Source: Octopus vulgaris
Lineage: Eukaryota
NCBI GenBank assembly: GCA_951406725.2
Contig: OX597841.1
Location: forward strand, 18,166,001-18,230,000
Reading direction: 5' to 3'
DNA length: 64,000 bases
The notes beneath the pieces are model-generated. The model had not been told where the DNA came from and made no database searches. It saw nothing but the letters and a program-made list of their open reading frames with translations. The position numbers and the translations under genes are program-made. Of this stretch, positions 37,058 to 49,397 are shown one piece after another (position 1 is the first letter of the stretch; each line of letters begins with the position of its first letter).

Positions 37058-37552
37058 AATGACATGCATAAGATCTGGTCATCCAATCTAAGTAGAGACC
37101 TCAAACTTGAAATCTTCAAAGCCACAGTCGAACCAATTCTACTCTATGGCTCAGAAACCTGGACGTTATCAAAGAAGCTTGAGAGGCGGTTGGATGAAAC
37201 CTACACTCGCCTCCTTATGAGAGCTCAAAATCTCTGGTGGAAGCGTCATCCAACCAAAGTGCAAATATATGGGAAACTACCACCTGTGTCATCTCTTGTG
37301 AAAGGTAGGAGAGTCCAGTTTGCTGGACATTGTTGTAGAGCTGAAAAAGAGATAATTTCTACTCTTCTCCTCTGGAAGCCATCTAGTCGCAATACCAGAG
37401 GGCGCACACTCTCCTACCCTGATGTAATCTCCAGGGATACAGGCATCCAGCAACAGGACCTCCGTAATGCCATGATGGACTGTGAAGTCTGGCGTAGCAT
37501 GGTAAATTCCATTGTGTCGACCACGGTCGAACAATGATGATGATGATGATGA
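37058..37552 (+). mobile_element. RTE-clade LINE, 5'-truncated, (TGA)n tail
   Basis: 157-aa frame with KLEIFKATVEPILLYGSETWTL...RRVQFAGHC, ending in TGATGATGA. Confidence 0.92.
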
Positions 37553-37814
37553 GGTATTGCACAGCACAAACATTTGATCGCTATAAACAAATCATTCGTG
37601 TCGGTTGTTGAGCAGGAGATTTCAGAACCATTTTCCTCTGACTACGAGAGACTACCATCAACTGACTGAAGTTTAACCAATCATTCTCTCATCCTGAAAA
37701 GGTTCAACTTTTTACATGGCTCTTTAGACACTTTCCAGGCTCCTGCATGAACTGCTGCTGCTGAAGGAATTGGCCGACATTCTACTCATCCTTTCAATCA
37801 CAATATATATATAT

Positions 37815-38710
37815 ATTCTTTTATTCTTTCACTTGTTTCAGTCATTTGACTGCGGCCATGCTGGAGCACCGCCTTTAGTTGAGCAAATCGACCCCGGGAC
37901 TTATTCTTTGTAAGCCCAGTACTTATTCTATCGGTCTCTTTTTGCCGAACCGCTAAGTGACGGGGACGTAAACACACCAGCATCGGTTGTCAAGCAATGC
38001 TAGCGGGACAAACACAGACACAAACACACACACATACATGTATATATATATACATATATACGACGGGCTTCTTTCAGTTTCCGTCTACCAAATCCACTCA
38101 CAAGGCATTGGTCGGCCCGGGGCTATAGCAGAAGACACTTGCCCAAGATGCCACGCAGTGGGACTGAATCCGGAACTATGTGGTTCGTTAGCAAGCTACT
38201 TACCACACAGCCACTCCTTTTTACTTGTTTCAGTCATTTAACTGTGGCCATGCTGGAGCACCGCCTTAAGTTGAACAAATCGACCCTAGGACTTATTGTT
38301 TGTAAGCCTAGTACTTATTCTATTGGTCTCTTTTGCCGAACTGCTAAGTTACGGGGACGTAAACACACCAGCATCGGTTGTCAAGCGATGGTGGGGTCAC
38401 AGATATGCACACATGTAGAAGACACGCAGTGAGATTGAACCCAAAGCCATGTGTTGGGAAGCCAGCTTCTTACCACACAGCCACTCCTGTGCCTGTATAT
38501 ATATTTTTTATGTATGTATGCATGTATACTTTTACTTGTTTCAATTGTTGTAGTGCAGCCATGCTGGAGCACCTCCTTGAAGGATTTTAGTTGAATGACT
38601 CAACCCCCAGGAATTTTGGAACTTAGTGGCTTTTGCCAAACCACTAAGTTGCAGGAACTTAAACACACCAACACCAGTTTCCAAGTGATGATGGGCATCC
38701 AGCATAAACA
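37815..38710 (-). mobile_element. Three head-to-tail SINE-A copies
   Basis: Tails at about 37820, 38218 and 38530, each followed by SINE body, with increasing divergence. Confidence 0.88.
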
Positions 38711-38919
38711 CAAAAACACGCGTGTGTGAGTGTGTATATGTGTATATACCAATATGTATATATTCTACCAAATATACATGTTTTTATTTTATTTTGCAAT
38801 TTACTTAATCATTGGTATTTTATTGTTATTTTAATTTTAATATTTCTGTTATATGTAATTTTCTGGATGGTGTAATTTAATTGTTCATTTTGAATTGATA
38901 AAAGGTGGATTTTTCTAAT

Positions 38920-38958
<39 letters not shown>

Positions 38959-38967
38959 TATGCATAT

Positions 38968-39260
38968 GAGGATACATGGCCTAGTGGTTAGGGTGCTGCA
39001 CTGAAGATCGCGAGATTGTGGTTTCAATTCCTAGACTGGGTGGAACATTGTGTTCTGGAGCGAAACCCTTCATCTCATATTGCTCTGAAATCTCTTCAAC
39101 ACCTGACACGTGGTACACCATGCACCTGTCCAGGCAATGTCAATTTGGTGGAGGAAGTGAATGAATGCACGGCATGGACATTTGATCAGTATAAACAAAT
39201 CAGTTGTGCAGATCATGTGACAAAAGCTGACCACTCATTCGCTGTCTTCAACAGGAGAGT
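38968..39260 (+). mobile_element. Third tRNA-derived SINE family (SINE-C)
   Basis: A box TGGCCTAGTGG, B box-like GGTTTCAATTCC, TTGTGTTCTGGAGC segment. Related copies near 19340-19590, 40330-40680, 42860-43110 and 52800-53080. Confidence 0.6.
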
Positions 39261-39264
39261 CCAT

Positions 39265-39304
<40 letters not shown>

Positions 39305-39558
39305 TACGTAAAAAACACCATTTGAGCGTGGCTGTTGCCAGTACCGCCTGACTGGCCCCTGTGCCGGTGGCACATAAAAAGCACCCACTACACTCTCAGA
39401 GTGGTTGGCGTTAGGAAGGGCATCCAACTGCAGAAACTCTGCCAGATCAAGATTGGAGCCTGGTGCAGCCATCTGGTTCGCCAGTCCTCAGTCAAATCGT
39501 CCAACCCATGACAGCATGGAAAGTGGACGTTAAACAATGATGATGATGATGATGATGA
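39305..39558 (+). mobile_element. RTE-type 3' UTR/SINE tail ending in (GAT)n
   Basis: GGCGTTAGGAAGGGCATCC...CCAACCCATG.CAGCATGGAAAG.GGACGTTAAAC(GAT)n. Inverted copies at 43215-43400 and 43700-43910. Confidence 0.7.
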
Positions 39559-39785
39559 TACATACATAAAATGTGTTTCTTTCATTTCTGTCTACCAAAT
39601 CCACTCCCAAAGAATGTCCAGGAATTTCACTAAACTGGGGAATCCCCACCTGACTTCGAGGTAGGCAAAGGTTGACATCAAGTAACCAAGGCAGATGTAG
39701 AACATTCTGACTAACCCATGCGATTGGGGAAAGAAGAAGTCGAAATGAAGAGGAAACACAACTACACACAAATATATGCATGACA

Positions 39786-40168
39786 GGCATAGGAGTGGCT
39801 GTGTGCTCAGTAGCTTGCTCACGAACTACATGGTTCTGGGTTCAATCCCACTGCGTGGCACTTTGGCCAAGTGTCTTCTACTATAGCCTTGGGCTGACTA
39901 AAGCCTTCTGAGTGGATTTGGTAGACGGAAACTGAAAGAAGCCCATCGTGTATATGTATATCTGCATGTGTGTGTATATGTTTGTCCCCCCAGCATCGCT
40001 TGACAACTGATGCTGGTGTGTTTATGTCCCCGTAACTTAGCAGTTCGGCAAAAGAGACCGATAGAATAAGTACTGGGCTTACAAAGAATAAGTCCTGGGA
40101 TCGATTTGATCGACTAAAGGCAGTGCTCCAGCATGGCCACAGTCAAATGACTGAAACAAGTAAAAGAC
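39786..40168 (+). mobile_element. SINE-A, full length
   Basis: Homology to 938-1341. Confidence 0.9.
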
Positions 40169-40170
40169 TA

Positions 40171-40204
<34 letters not shown>

Positions 40205-41248
40205 GGAGGGAGAGAGAGAGAGACTATCTGTTCATGTCTATTTACTCCTGCTGGCATGAGCTGGATTGTCTGATAGGATCCAACAGGTTAGAGTACCTCT
40301 TGGAAAGCCATAGATATACATACACATATGAGCATATAATACATCCGCTCAGTTTGGGACTTGAACTCCCTACCTCATAATTGTGAGCCTGAAGCTCTAA
40401 CCACTGAGCCATGCACCTTCATGTTCTTGAGCAAGAAACTTTATTTCACGTTGCTCCAGTCTACTCAGCTGAAGAAATGAGTTGCAGTGTCACAGGTGCC
40501 AAACTGTATCGGCCCCTTTGCCTTTCCCTTGGATAACACCAGTGGCATGGAGAGGGGGGGCGGCTGGTATGTATGGGCAGCTGCTGGTCTTCCATAAACA
40601 ACCTTGCCTGGACTTGTGGCTCAGAGGGTAACTTTCTAGCTGCGATCCCACGGTCATTCGTGACCAAAGAGGGGTCCTTCAATACATACGTACAAACACA
40701 TACACAGCTAGCTAGATGAAAGGTCTTTTGTAGCATACTATGACTACTACTATTACTAACATTATGCATGCCAGGCCTACCTGTTACCACCTATTTCAAC
40801 ACCATAGGCCATTCTGTCACTCATCAGTGAGTGGCAACGCTGTACACCACGGGTCCACATTCTCAAAGAAACAGAAGGAACAATGTTTTAGAATTCAAAC
40901 ATGGTACCATGTGTTCAACAGGTTTAAATGAATGTTTTTGACATTCTACTTTGACACCTACCTCTTAGTTCATTAAAACCCTTCCTTGTACTTCAATTCC
41001 CCTCACTCTCAACTTTGCTAGCTTCTCCCTCTCTCAGTGCTTCTCTCTCTTACCACTTCCAGTTTATGAATAAAGCTCTTGTGGGCCTGTGTTACCCATC
41101 AGTTGCAGCCAATTTTTTTCTCTCTCAGTAATTTCTCTCTTTTCAACTTTTTCCCAAAGATGGACTCTGTCTGAAATGTTGGATTCCCCACACTAAGCTT
41201 ACTGTGCTCCTTTTATTGATTATATCTGTCTGCCTGTCTGTCTATATG

Positions 41249-41507
41249 ACAAGTTAAAAATAATGGTCATTACATATAAATTCCTTTATTAGAGCAGGTT
41301 TGGCTTACAGCTGTTTCCAGTAGCCATTATAGGTACATTACTGATAGGTTTACTCAATCAGTCTATTGATCACTTGAGAAAAATTAAACAACTTAACGAC
41401 CGAGTAAACCTATCAGTAATGAACCTATGATGACTACTGGAAACAACTGTAAGCCAGATTTGCTCTAATAATGGAAAAATATGTACAAACCATTATTTTA
41501 AACTTGT
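41249..41507. repeat. Fold-back element with about 105-bp arms
   Basis: 41249-41355 is reverse-complementary to 41402-41507. Confidence 0.9.
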
Positions 41508-41694
41508 TTCATTTATATCACTCTGTGCAAAAACCAGATTTATAAAATGGAATTGTGATGAACCATAACTTTGGACGATGCCAAAAGAAAACTTGGAATT
41601 CTTCACTAATCTAAATAATATTGTTAACTGGGTCTACCAGAGTTTATGAAGCATTTTGCCCAGATTGATAATCCCTCACTATTAGCTCTTGTCC

Positions 41695-41728
<34 letters not shown>

Positions 41729-41994
41729 GGGCTGTGTGGCTGAGAAGCTTGCCCCAATGCATAGAACTTTGGGCAAGAGTTTTCTACTTATAGCCCAGGG
41801 CTAACCAAAGCTTTGTGAATGGATCTCACAGATGGAAACTGAAAGCAGCCCAACATGTATAGATATCTGCGTGTGTGTGTGCATACCCTTGTTTTCACAT
41901 TATGTAAAAGAGCATCACCATCATCCATGTGATGCTACATTGTAGTATATGGACGTGTGTGTGTGTGTGTATATATTTATATGTATCTGTGATA

Positions 41995-42310
41995 TGCAGG
42001 ACACTGACTGGGAGAACAATGCCTGTCATCGCCACAGATGGAGGAAACAGGTTAAGGAGGGGATCGACACTTTTGAGAGAGTACGTATCCAGCATGAAGA
42101 ACTTAAGCGAGCTGCGCAAAAGCGCACGGCTCGTATAGTGAATGGGGAAAGCTTGGTCTGCAATGTTTGCAGTCGTGTATGCTTGTCAAGAGCAGGGCTC
42201 ATTAGCCACCAACGGAGCCGCAAATGCAAAATACAAGTTAGTCCTAGAGCGCACAATGTTCCTGAAGGTCGGCAATGGTCTTCCTCGGTCACGAGTGGAC
42301 GGCCATCATA
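41995..42310 (+). mobile_element. RTE/BovB-like LINE 3' end with C-terminal C2H2-like finger
   Basis: WENNACHRHRWRKQVKEG...CNVCSRVCLSRAGLISHQRS. The same 3' UTR recurs inverted at 61540-61592. Confidence 0.85.
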
Positions 42311-42324
42311 TATATATTTCTTTC

Positions 42325-42536
42325 TTTCTTTTACTTGTTTCAGTCATTTGACTGCGGCCATGCTGGAGCACCGCCTTTAGTCGAGCAAATCGACCCCAGG
42401 ACTTATTCTTTGTAAGCCCAGTACTTATTCTATCGGTCTCTTTTTGCCGAACCGCTAAGTGACGGGGACGTAAACACACCAGCATCGGTTGTCAAGCAAT
42501 GCTAGGGGGACAAACACAGACACACAAACACATATA

Positions 42537-42580
<44 letters not shown>

Positions 42581-42720
42581 CGATAGGGTTCTTTCAGTTT
42601 CCGGCTACCAAATCCACTCACAAGGCATTGGTCGGCCCGGGGCTATAGCGGAAGACACTTGTCCAAGGTGCCATGCATGTGGTTGGTTAGCAAGCTACTT
42701 ACCACACAGCCACTCCTGCG

Positions 42721-42725
<5 letters not shown>
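42325..42725 (-). mobile_element. SINE-A (B-box region deleted)
   Basis: Homology to 938-1341. Confidence 0.88.
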
Positions 42726-42756
<31 letters not shown>

Positions 42757-43111
42757 CATAAATATATATATATATATATATATCAATATATCGTGAAAGC
42801 TTGTGCTTAATGGTGATGGAATTTGACTGACAGTCATTGCTGAATGTAGGACCTGGTGGTGTGTTGTGTCCTTGAGCAAGACACTTCATTTCACTTTATT
42901 GCTCCAGTCCACTCAGCTTGCAAAAATGAGTTGCACCAGTAATTCACAAGGGGCCAGCCTTGTTACATTTTGTGTCACGCTGAATCTTGAGTTTTATATT
43001 AAAGGTATGCATGTCTGTGGAGTACTCAGCCACTTGCACATTAATTTCACGAGCAGACTTGTTCCCTTGACTGGACCAACTGAGACCCTCATTGTCACAA
43101 CCAAGGGAATA

Positions 43112-43149
<38 letters not shown>

Positions 43150-43409
43150 TATTCTATTCTTTTACTTGTTTCAGTCATTTTGAATGTGGCCACACTGGAG
43201 CACTGTCTTATATATACTGTCCACGCTGGCACGGGTTGGATGGTTTGACCAGAGCTGGCAAGATGGGGAGCTGCACCAGACTCCAGTCTGATTTGGCCCT
43301 GTTTCTATGGCTGGATGCCCTTCCTGACTCCAGCCACTTTACAGGTGCTTTTAGATGATGCCACATGGGCACTTTTACATGACACCAGTGAGACATGTGA
43401 CCTGAATGC

Positions 43410-43702
43410 AAAGACTAAAGGGGAGTGAAGCTAGCAGGCTCCACTGGATGTGCAAAAGCAATATGCATGTGCAACAAAATGCTAGGTATAAGAGGAATCA
43501 GATGCAGTGTGCAAGAGAGAAGACTGCACTGGTTGCATCATGTGATGCTTGTAGATGAGGACTGATGCATGAAGGAATGTCAGTTGCTTAAAGTGGATGC
43601 AACATGTGGCAGAGAGAGATCCAGGAAGACATGGGGCAAAGTAGTGAAGACTCATCTCAAGATGCTGATCCTTAAAGAGATGTTGATGATGATGATGATG
43701 AT
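43410..43702 (+). mobile_element. Degraded RTE LINE 3' end
   Basis: RRLHWLHHVM...RSRKTWGKVV, (GAT)n tail. Confidence 0.6.
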
Positions 43703-44184
43703 CTTCGTTTAACGTCCGCTTTCCATGCTAGCATGGGTTGGACGATTTGACTCAGATGTGGCGAACCAGACTCCAATCTGATCTGGCAGAGTTTCTATAG
43801 CTGGATGCCCTTCCTAACGCCAACCTCTCCGAGGGCGTAGTGGGTGCTTTTACGTGCCACCTGCACAAGGGCCAGTTTGGTGGTACTGGCAACGGCCACG
43901 CCCAAATGGATGATAAAAGATGAAAAACCAAGATGATTGGCAATTCACTATGCTTGAGAAGATTCATCCATCACAACAAAAACTGATCTCCAAGAGCCAC
44001 CTTGGTTATCCTTGCATGTGTGGAACCATGACCCTCCACCCTCTGCACCCCATTCCCCTAACACACATCACTCTTCTATCCATGGCACACCTCACTGGCT
44101 GTAACCACTTGAGAGAAAGTCACCACACACACACACACGTGCATACAGACATGCATATTCTTTTAGATATCAAATACATATATA

Positions 44185-44344
44185 TTCTTTTACTTGTTTC
44201 AGGCATTTGACTGCAGCCATGCTGGAGCACCACCTTTAGTTGAACAAACAGACCCCAGGACTTATTCTTTGTAAGCCTAGTACTTATTCTATTGTTCTCT
44301 TCTGCTGAACTGCTAAGTTATGGAGGGCAAACACAGACACACAA

Positions 44345-44380
<36 letters not shown>

Positions 44381-44510
44381 GATAGACTTCTTTCAGTTTC
44401 TGTCTACCAAATCCACTCACAAGGCTTGGGTCAGCCTGAGGCTATAGTGGAAGACACTTGGCAGAGGAGCCATGCAGTGGGACTGAACCCGGAACCATGT
44501 GGTTCACACA
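44185..44510 (-). mobile_element. SINE-A
   Basis: Homology to 938-1341. Confidence 0.85.
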
Positions 44511-44858
44511 ACCATATATATGGCTGCAACTTAATTTCAAGCAACAATATCAATCAGTTCTCTTAAGTAGATAGGATATAACTTTTTACAGTCTGGCAAC
44601 TGACATACACACTATGCACAGATGTGGAATGATGGGCACCTCTTACAACAGGTGTTCAGAGAGTTACCATTTATGCTGGTAATTTTAATGGAGTGTTTTG
44701 CCTTTATTGGCTTCAGTCAACCACATAATAAAGATGTTTAAAAAAAAATCAAGTAACTCCTGCGTCTGAAGTAAGGAAAGGCTTTTTATGGCGTCAACCC
44801 CACTCTCTAAATAATATAGTCATTTGCTCAAACAGAATAAATGACTGAATGAAAGTGA

Positions 44859-45130
44859 TGCACTGTTGTAGGGGTCAACTGTCCAGGGGATGTGAACGTA
44901 CCATCAAAAGCCCAGGCAAAAGAGAGCATTTATGGTGAATTAATGTGGAACTGACAGCTCAAGTAGCCTGACTATAAATTCTCATCTGTACCTATCATTA
45001 TAGGTACATTAGGCTATGTACCAACAAATTTGCTCAAAAACCTAGAATTACTTGGTTTCACAGAAAAAGAGCTCAAGAAATTGACATGGATTCACCAAAT
45101 CCAATCTATTTGGTGACGCAATGAAGACAT
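44859..45130 (+). mobile_element. Restriction-like endonuclease domain fragment of an R4/Dong-type non-LTR element
   Basis: CTVVGVNCPGDVNVPSKAQAKESIYGELMWN*QLK*PDYKFSSVPIIIGTLGYVP. Confidence 0.75.
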
Positions 45131-45938
45131 TCCCAAAATTCTCCACCTGAGATTCTTATTTGAATAGATACATACATTTGATTGTGTGCATTGAGAAGTC
45201 AAGCAACACACCAACTCAACTACTTACAAACATTGGGAACTCTCTTCAATCAAAACGTTTTGTCGCTTTGTTAGCGACTGGCCTGAACTCTCTCAAAAAG
45301 GACTTAAATAAAACTCAAAAGAGAAACACACACACACAGGTAGATGAATACATGATCAAAGTAAGTATGAGTGATTACCAAATGTAGAGCGTTATAGCAG
45401 TGAGGTGCCAAGAAAAGAAAGAGGAGTGGAAATGTTACAAGATGTTACTGGATAAGGCGAAAAGTGAAGACTTGCCCAATGCAGGGAAGGAAATGACTGA
45501 AGTTGGTGGCTACAGAGTAGAAAGGGCAATTCAGGCTATGAAAGCAGTAAAGTAGGACACCTTTCCACTCTCTCAGACCATTGACTAATTCAGAATATGG
45601 TGGGTTGCATATGCAGCTGCACTTACCCTGTGCAGCAGAATCAAATGTCGATCCTTTTAACTAACTAATTATGCTGTATAATTAACTGTTTAATTAAAAG
45701 AAAAATTTGAAGATGTACCAGTTTCCAAACTCTTTGTAATTCTTTTGGATTTACATTCCTGAAAATAATCATAATCCAGCAAAGCAAACCTGGATCTACC
45801 CATCAGAAGAATTATGATGGCACTGCCCACCCTAAGCAATCCTTGGGGCTTCTTACTACTTGATGCTGTTACCTGGATCCAGGACTATACCTGAGCGCTC
45901 TTACCTGCCTCAATAATTTATCCTTATATATTCATTGC

Positions 45939-45969
<31 letters not shown>

Positions 45970-46090
45970 TATAGCTATAAATAGCAGATAAATATTTTGA
46001 TGAACTTTGATTTAACAATACGAAAAATCCAGATATCATGACAAACTTATTTCGTAACTCAGGAACATATAAATAAATTATATTACCATA

Positions 46091-46386
46091 TCTTTATATA
46101 TAAAATTGAAGTTGTGTGTGTGAGACTCTGTCTCCTCCGATTTAGATTCCTAACTATTCCCACATTTTGCGGTGCAGTGTAACCAAAAGCGGGTATCTTA
46201 TAGTCGTCATTCATATCGAGCCCTTCTGGGTATTAGCACGCGTCTACGATGAGTCAACGATTTATCAAAAATTTACCATCATTTTCCCGCATTTTTAATG
46301 ATTTTTGCTCGGGTTATATAAGGGAAGTAACTCTCTAAAGATGCTTATATAGTTATTTCCCTTACAAACCCGAGCGATACTGCTAG
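46091..46386 (+). mobile_element. Non-autonomous Helitron
   Basis: A|TCTTTATATATAAAA ... ACTGCTAG|T. Subterminal hairpin partly deleted. Confidence 0.88.
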
Positions 46387-46499
46387 TTTGATAATAAATA
46401 AATTATTTACATGTCTGCATTAACATAAAATGCAAAAAATTCATTCAAAATAATGCAAACATGTATTTTATTTATCATTAATTATGATAATATAAGTTA

Positions 46500-46891
46500 C
46501 TAGCAGTATCGCCCGGCGTTGCTCGGGTTTGTAAGGGAAATAACTATATAAGCATTTTTAGAGATGTAAAGTATAATAGCCATCTCAATATGGCTAACTA
46601 CAAAGGGTGGGGGGTGGGGGGTTACTGTAGCTTTTTACATTCTGAGATTTAATAATAAATTTTTAGAGTTACTTCCCTTATATATGCCAAAAATGCATTA
46701 AAAATGGGAAAAATTGATGGTAAATTATTTTTTAAATTGTAGACTCATGCTAATACCCAGAAGGGCTCGATATGAATCACGACTATAAGATACCCGGTTT
46801 TGGTTAAACTGCACCGCAAAATGTGAGAGTAGTTAGGAATCTAAATCGTAGGAGACAGACAGACAGACAACCTCACTTTTATATATAAAGA
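46500..46891 (-). mobile_element. Non-autonomous Helitron (same family)
   Basis: A|TCTTTATATATAAAAG ... CCCGAGCAACGCCGGGCGATACTGCTAG|T with GC-rich subterminal hairpin. Confidence 0.92.
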
Positions 46892-48242
46892 TTTACATGT
46901 TTTTGAGTGGCAAAACAAACTTGTTGTGACATTTGAATTTTCTTATTGTTAAATGAAAAGTCATCAAACTTTATACACTCTTTTTCATTTTTTCTTGTAT
47001 ATTACTATATACTCTCTGTGTTTTGCAGAATAATACACTAATGAGCTTTTTTAACGAGTACTACTGGATTACATGAATCCATACATTGTGATTTATAATT
47101 TTCAATATATATAAATAATGTCGGTGGCTTGTTGGCAATGAAAATCTGAAGGCAAATTTATCAATGTCACTAATGTGACGAGAGTAAAGAGTGGTACCAC
47201 CACTGCTAGAAAGACCAGTCAAAACAACTCAATTATCCACAGGCATTTTTTTCTTACTTCTTTTCCACCCATCCTTCTCCTCTTCCCACAAGTTTTCTTT
47301 GTGTTTCTGACAAAGGACTGGGTGTGAAACATTGTACTTCTACACAGTCACTTTCACTTTATAAACTCATTTTCTTCCCTTGAGCATCAACCTAATAATA
47401 AATAACTGTGACTGACCCTTGAACTTCTCTTGAGTTTCGTATTTGATTTGATTTCTTTTTATTTTTTTTTGTTGTTGTTATTGATTCCTGACTCATGCAT
47501 AGAAGGATTAAATTCGCAAAGTTGTGGCAGAATGGCAGTTTGCAAGACACAACAGCAGCTTAAAAGAGGTCATCGAGTCATTGAGGAAAGCATAAATGGA
47601 AGCAAGCAAAGAGAGAAAAAAAATCCAGAAAGGTCAGATTGCTAAAAAATAATTACTGTTAATGCTAGACAAGGTATAAATAATCTAATTTAAGCAGCGA
47701 CTGGCAGGGGATGTGATGTGATGCGAAATGGTGAGGCAACACTACGTTGGGTTAGCAAGAAATTTGGATAAAAATATGGTCTTTGGGTGGCTGTTGAATT
47801 ACGTTATATCCTCCCTCTGATCTTATACATGTCACTAACGAGAGAATAGCCTCAACTCTTTACATCACACCACACAGTCTCGCAGCAAATATCTGGCAGC
47901 AGATAACAATTTGAGAAAAAAAAACACAAACGTTTTAGAAGTTTTGTTTTAGAAATGGTTAGTAAAAAGCAAGTCAATATATGAATATATATATAAATAT
48001 ATATATAATGTAAATATATATATATACACACACACACACACGCACAAACTAAACATGCTTTATATATATATATTTCTTTTTTATATATGTCTGAATTCTT
48101 AGACCTTACAATGTTTAGAATGAATTAAACCTATCAGTGTAATGGAATAACACACACTTCATGCTTGTGTGTGTGTGTGGTTGGTTAAGCATGCTGTAAT
48201 GCAAAACAAAGGTAGACACACACAAGGAGGGAGAGAGAGAGG

Positions 48243-48274
<32 letters not shown>

Positions 48275-48348
48275 AAGAGGGAGGGGTTGACGGATACACA
48301 GAGAAACAGAGATAGTTTGGTAAACAATTAGAGGAATAAACTGATGGT

Positions 48349-48384
<36 letters not shown>

Positions 48385-48456
48385 AAGAGAAGGGTGAGAG
48401 GGGAGGAGGAGGAAAGTCGAGGTGGGAACTTACAATGTTTGTGTATGTTTATATAT

Positions 48457-48675
48457 CAGTGCTTTTCAAACTTTTTGCTGGAGCCGAACCCCAAGGAAAC
48501 ATTCCACTGGCTCGAGGAACCCCTGTGCAATAATTTAATTGTCTTATGCACACATATCTGCACAGGAGAATTAAAAATTACTGCCGATTTTAGCAGTTTT
48601 GTAACTTCTTGCGGAACCCCTAGACTGTACTGGCGGAACTCTAAGGTTCCGCAGAACCCTGGTTGAAAACCACTG
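48457..48675. mobile_element. hAT-type MITE
   Basis: TIRs CAGTGCTTTTCAA / TTGAAAACCACTG, 8-bp TSD TTATATAT. Confidence 0.9.
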
Positions 48676-48685
48676 TTATATATAT

Positions 48686-48717
<32 letters not shown>

Positions 48718-48745
48718 GTAAAATAATATGTGACAATTATTCAAT

Positions 48746-48817
48746 AGCCAAGATAAAACTCTGAGTTTCGGATGCTGAGGTGGAAATCCACAACACCATC
48801 TCTTCGGTCATCTGGCC
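48746..48817 (-). ncRNA. Minimal type I hammerhead-like motif (U4C variant)
   Basis: GGCCAGATGA-CCGAAGA-GATGGTGTTGTGGATTTCCACCTCAGCATCC-GAAACTCAGAGTT-TTATCTTGGCT. Stems I and II pair, stem III is near-palindromic. Confidence 0.55.
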
Positions 48818-48944
48818 ATAATGGAGTAGTTTTGATAAAGCATTATTTCGTGTTGCTTTAAAGATTTTTTGTGCAAAGAAGGAACAACGTGAGAAGGTAC
48901 AAAGTAAAATATTAAAAGAAAGGGAAAAAAAAAAAATAATAAAT

Positions 48945-49092
48945 TTGCAGTTTTACTTTGCATTTTCTACATTTTGGGCTTATAACCCCTTCTTCAGGAC
49001 ATTTGGAAAGGTGAGGGATGAAAAGGTTGTCGCTCAGCTGTCCTGAAGAGAGTTACAGCCCCGAAATATAAAGATGCAAGGTAAAAGTGCAA
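48945..49092. repeat. Fold-back element with hammerhead-like cores in both arms
   Basis: Arms 48945-49001 and 49039-49092. Plus: CTGAAGAGAGTTACAGCCCCGAAAT. Minus: CTGAAGAAGGGGTTATAAGCCCAAAAT. Confidence 0.7.
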
Positions 49093-49397
49093 CTTTGTTT
49101 TGTTTTCCTTTTCTTTTCGTAGCTTCTCAAATTGCTCCAGCTTTACACAACAACATTCCTTAAAACACGTTTGTTCTTTTACTCGTTTCTGTATACATAC
49201 GTGTGTGTGTGTTTGTGTGCAAATATATTCATGGTCTTGATTGAGCTGTCCTAGGATGATAGGCATTACAGCCATGTATGTATGTGTGTGTATATACACA
49301 TACGTTTATGTATTTATTTTGCAGGATTCCTGATGTGAAACCGTGTGTTGTAACAGGTATTGTTATATTCCAGGATGACCATTTTTTTACCTTCTTG

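Noticed and set aside
40795-40830. Hammerhead at minus-strand CTGATGA...GAAA
   Set aside because: No convincing stem II or NUH/stem I pairing.
45627-45653. 27-bp microexon (DRHLILLHR) before a GG|GTAAGT donor on the minus strand
   Set aside because: The acceptor lacks a pyrimidine tract and has competing upstream AGs. It cannot be supported without reads.
48999-49080. Plus-strand exon (CTTCAG| ... AAG|GTAAAA)
   Set aside because: Stops in all three frames, and it lies within a fold-back repeat.
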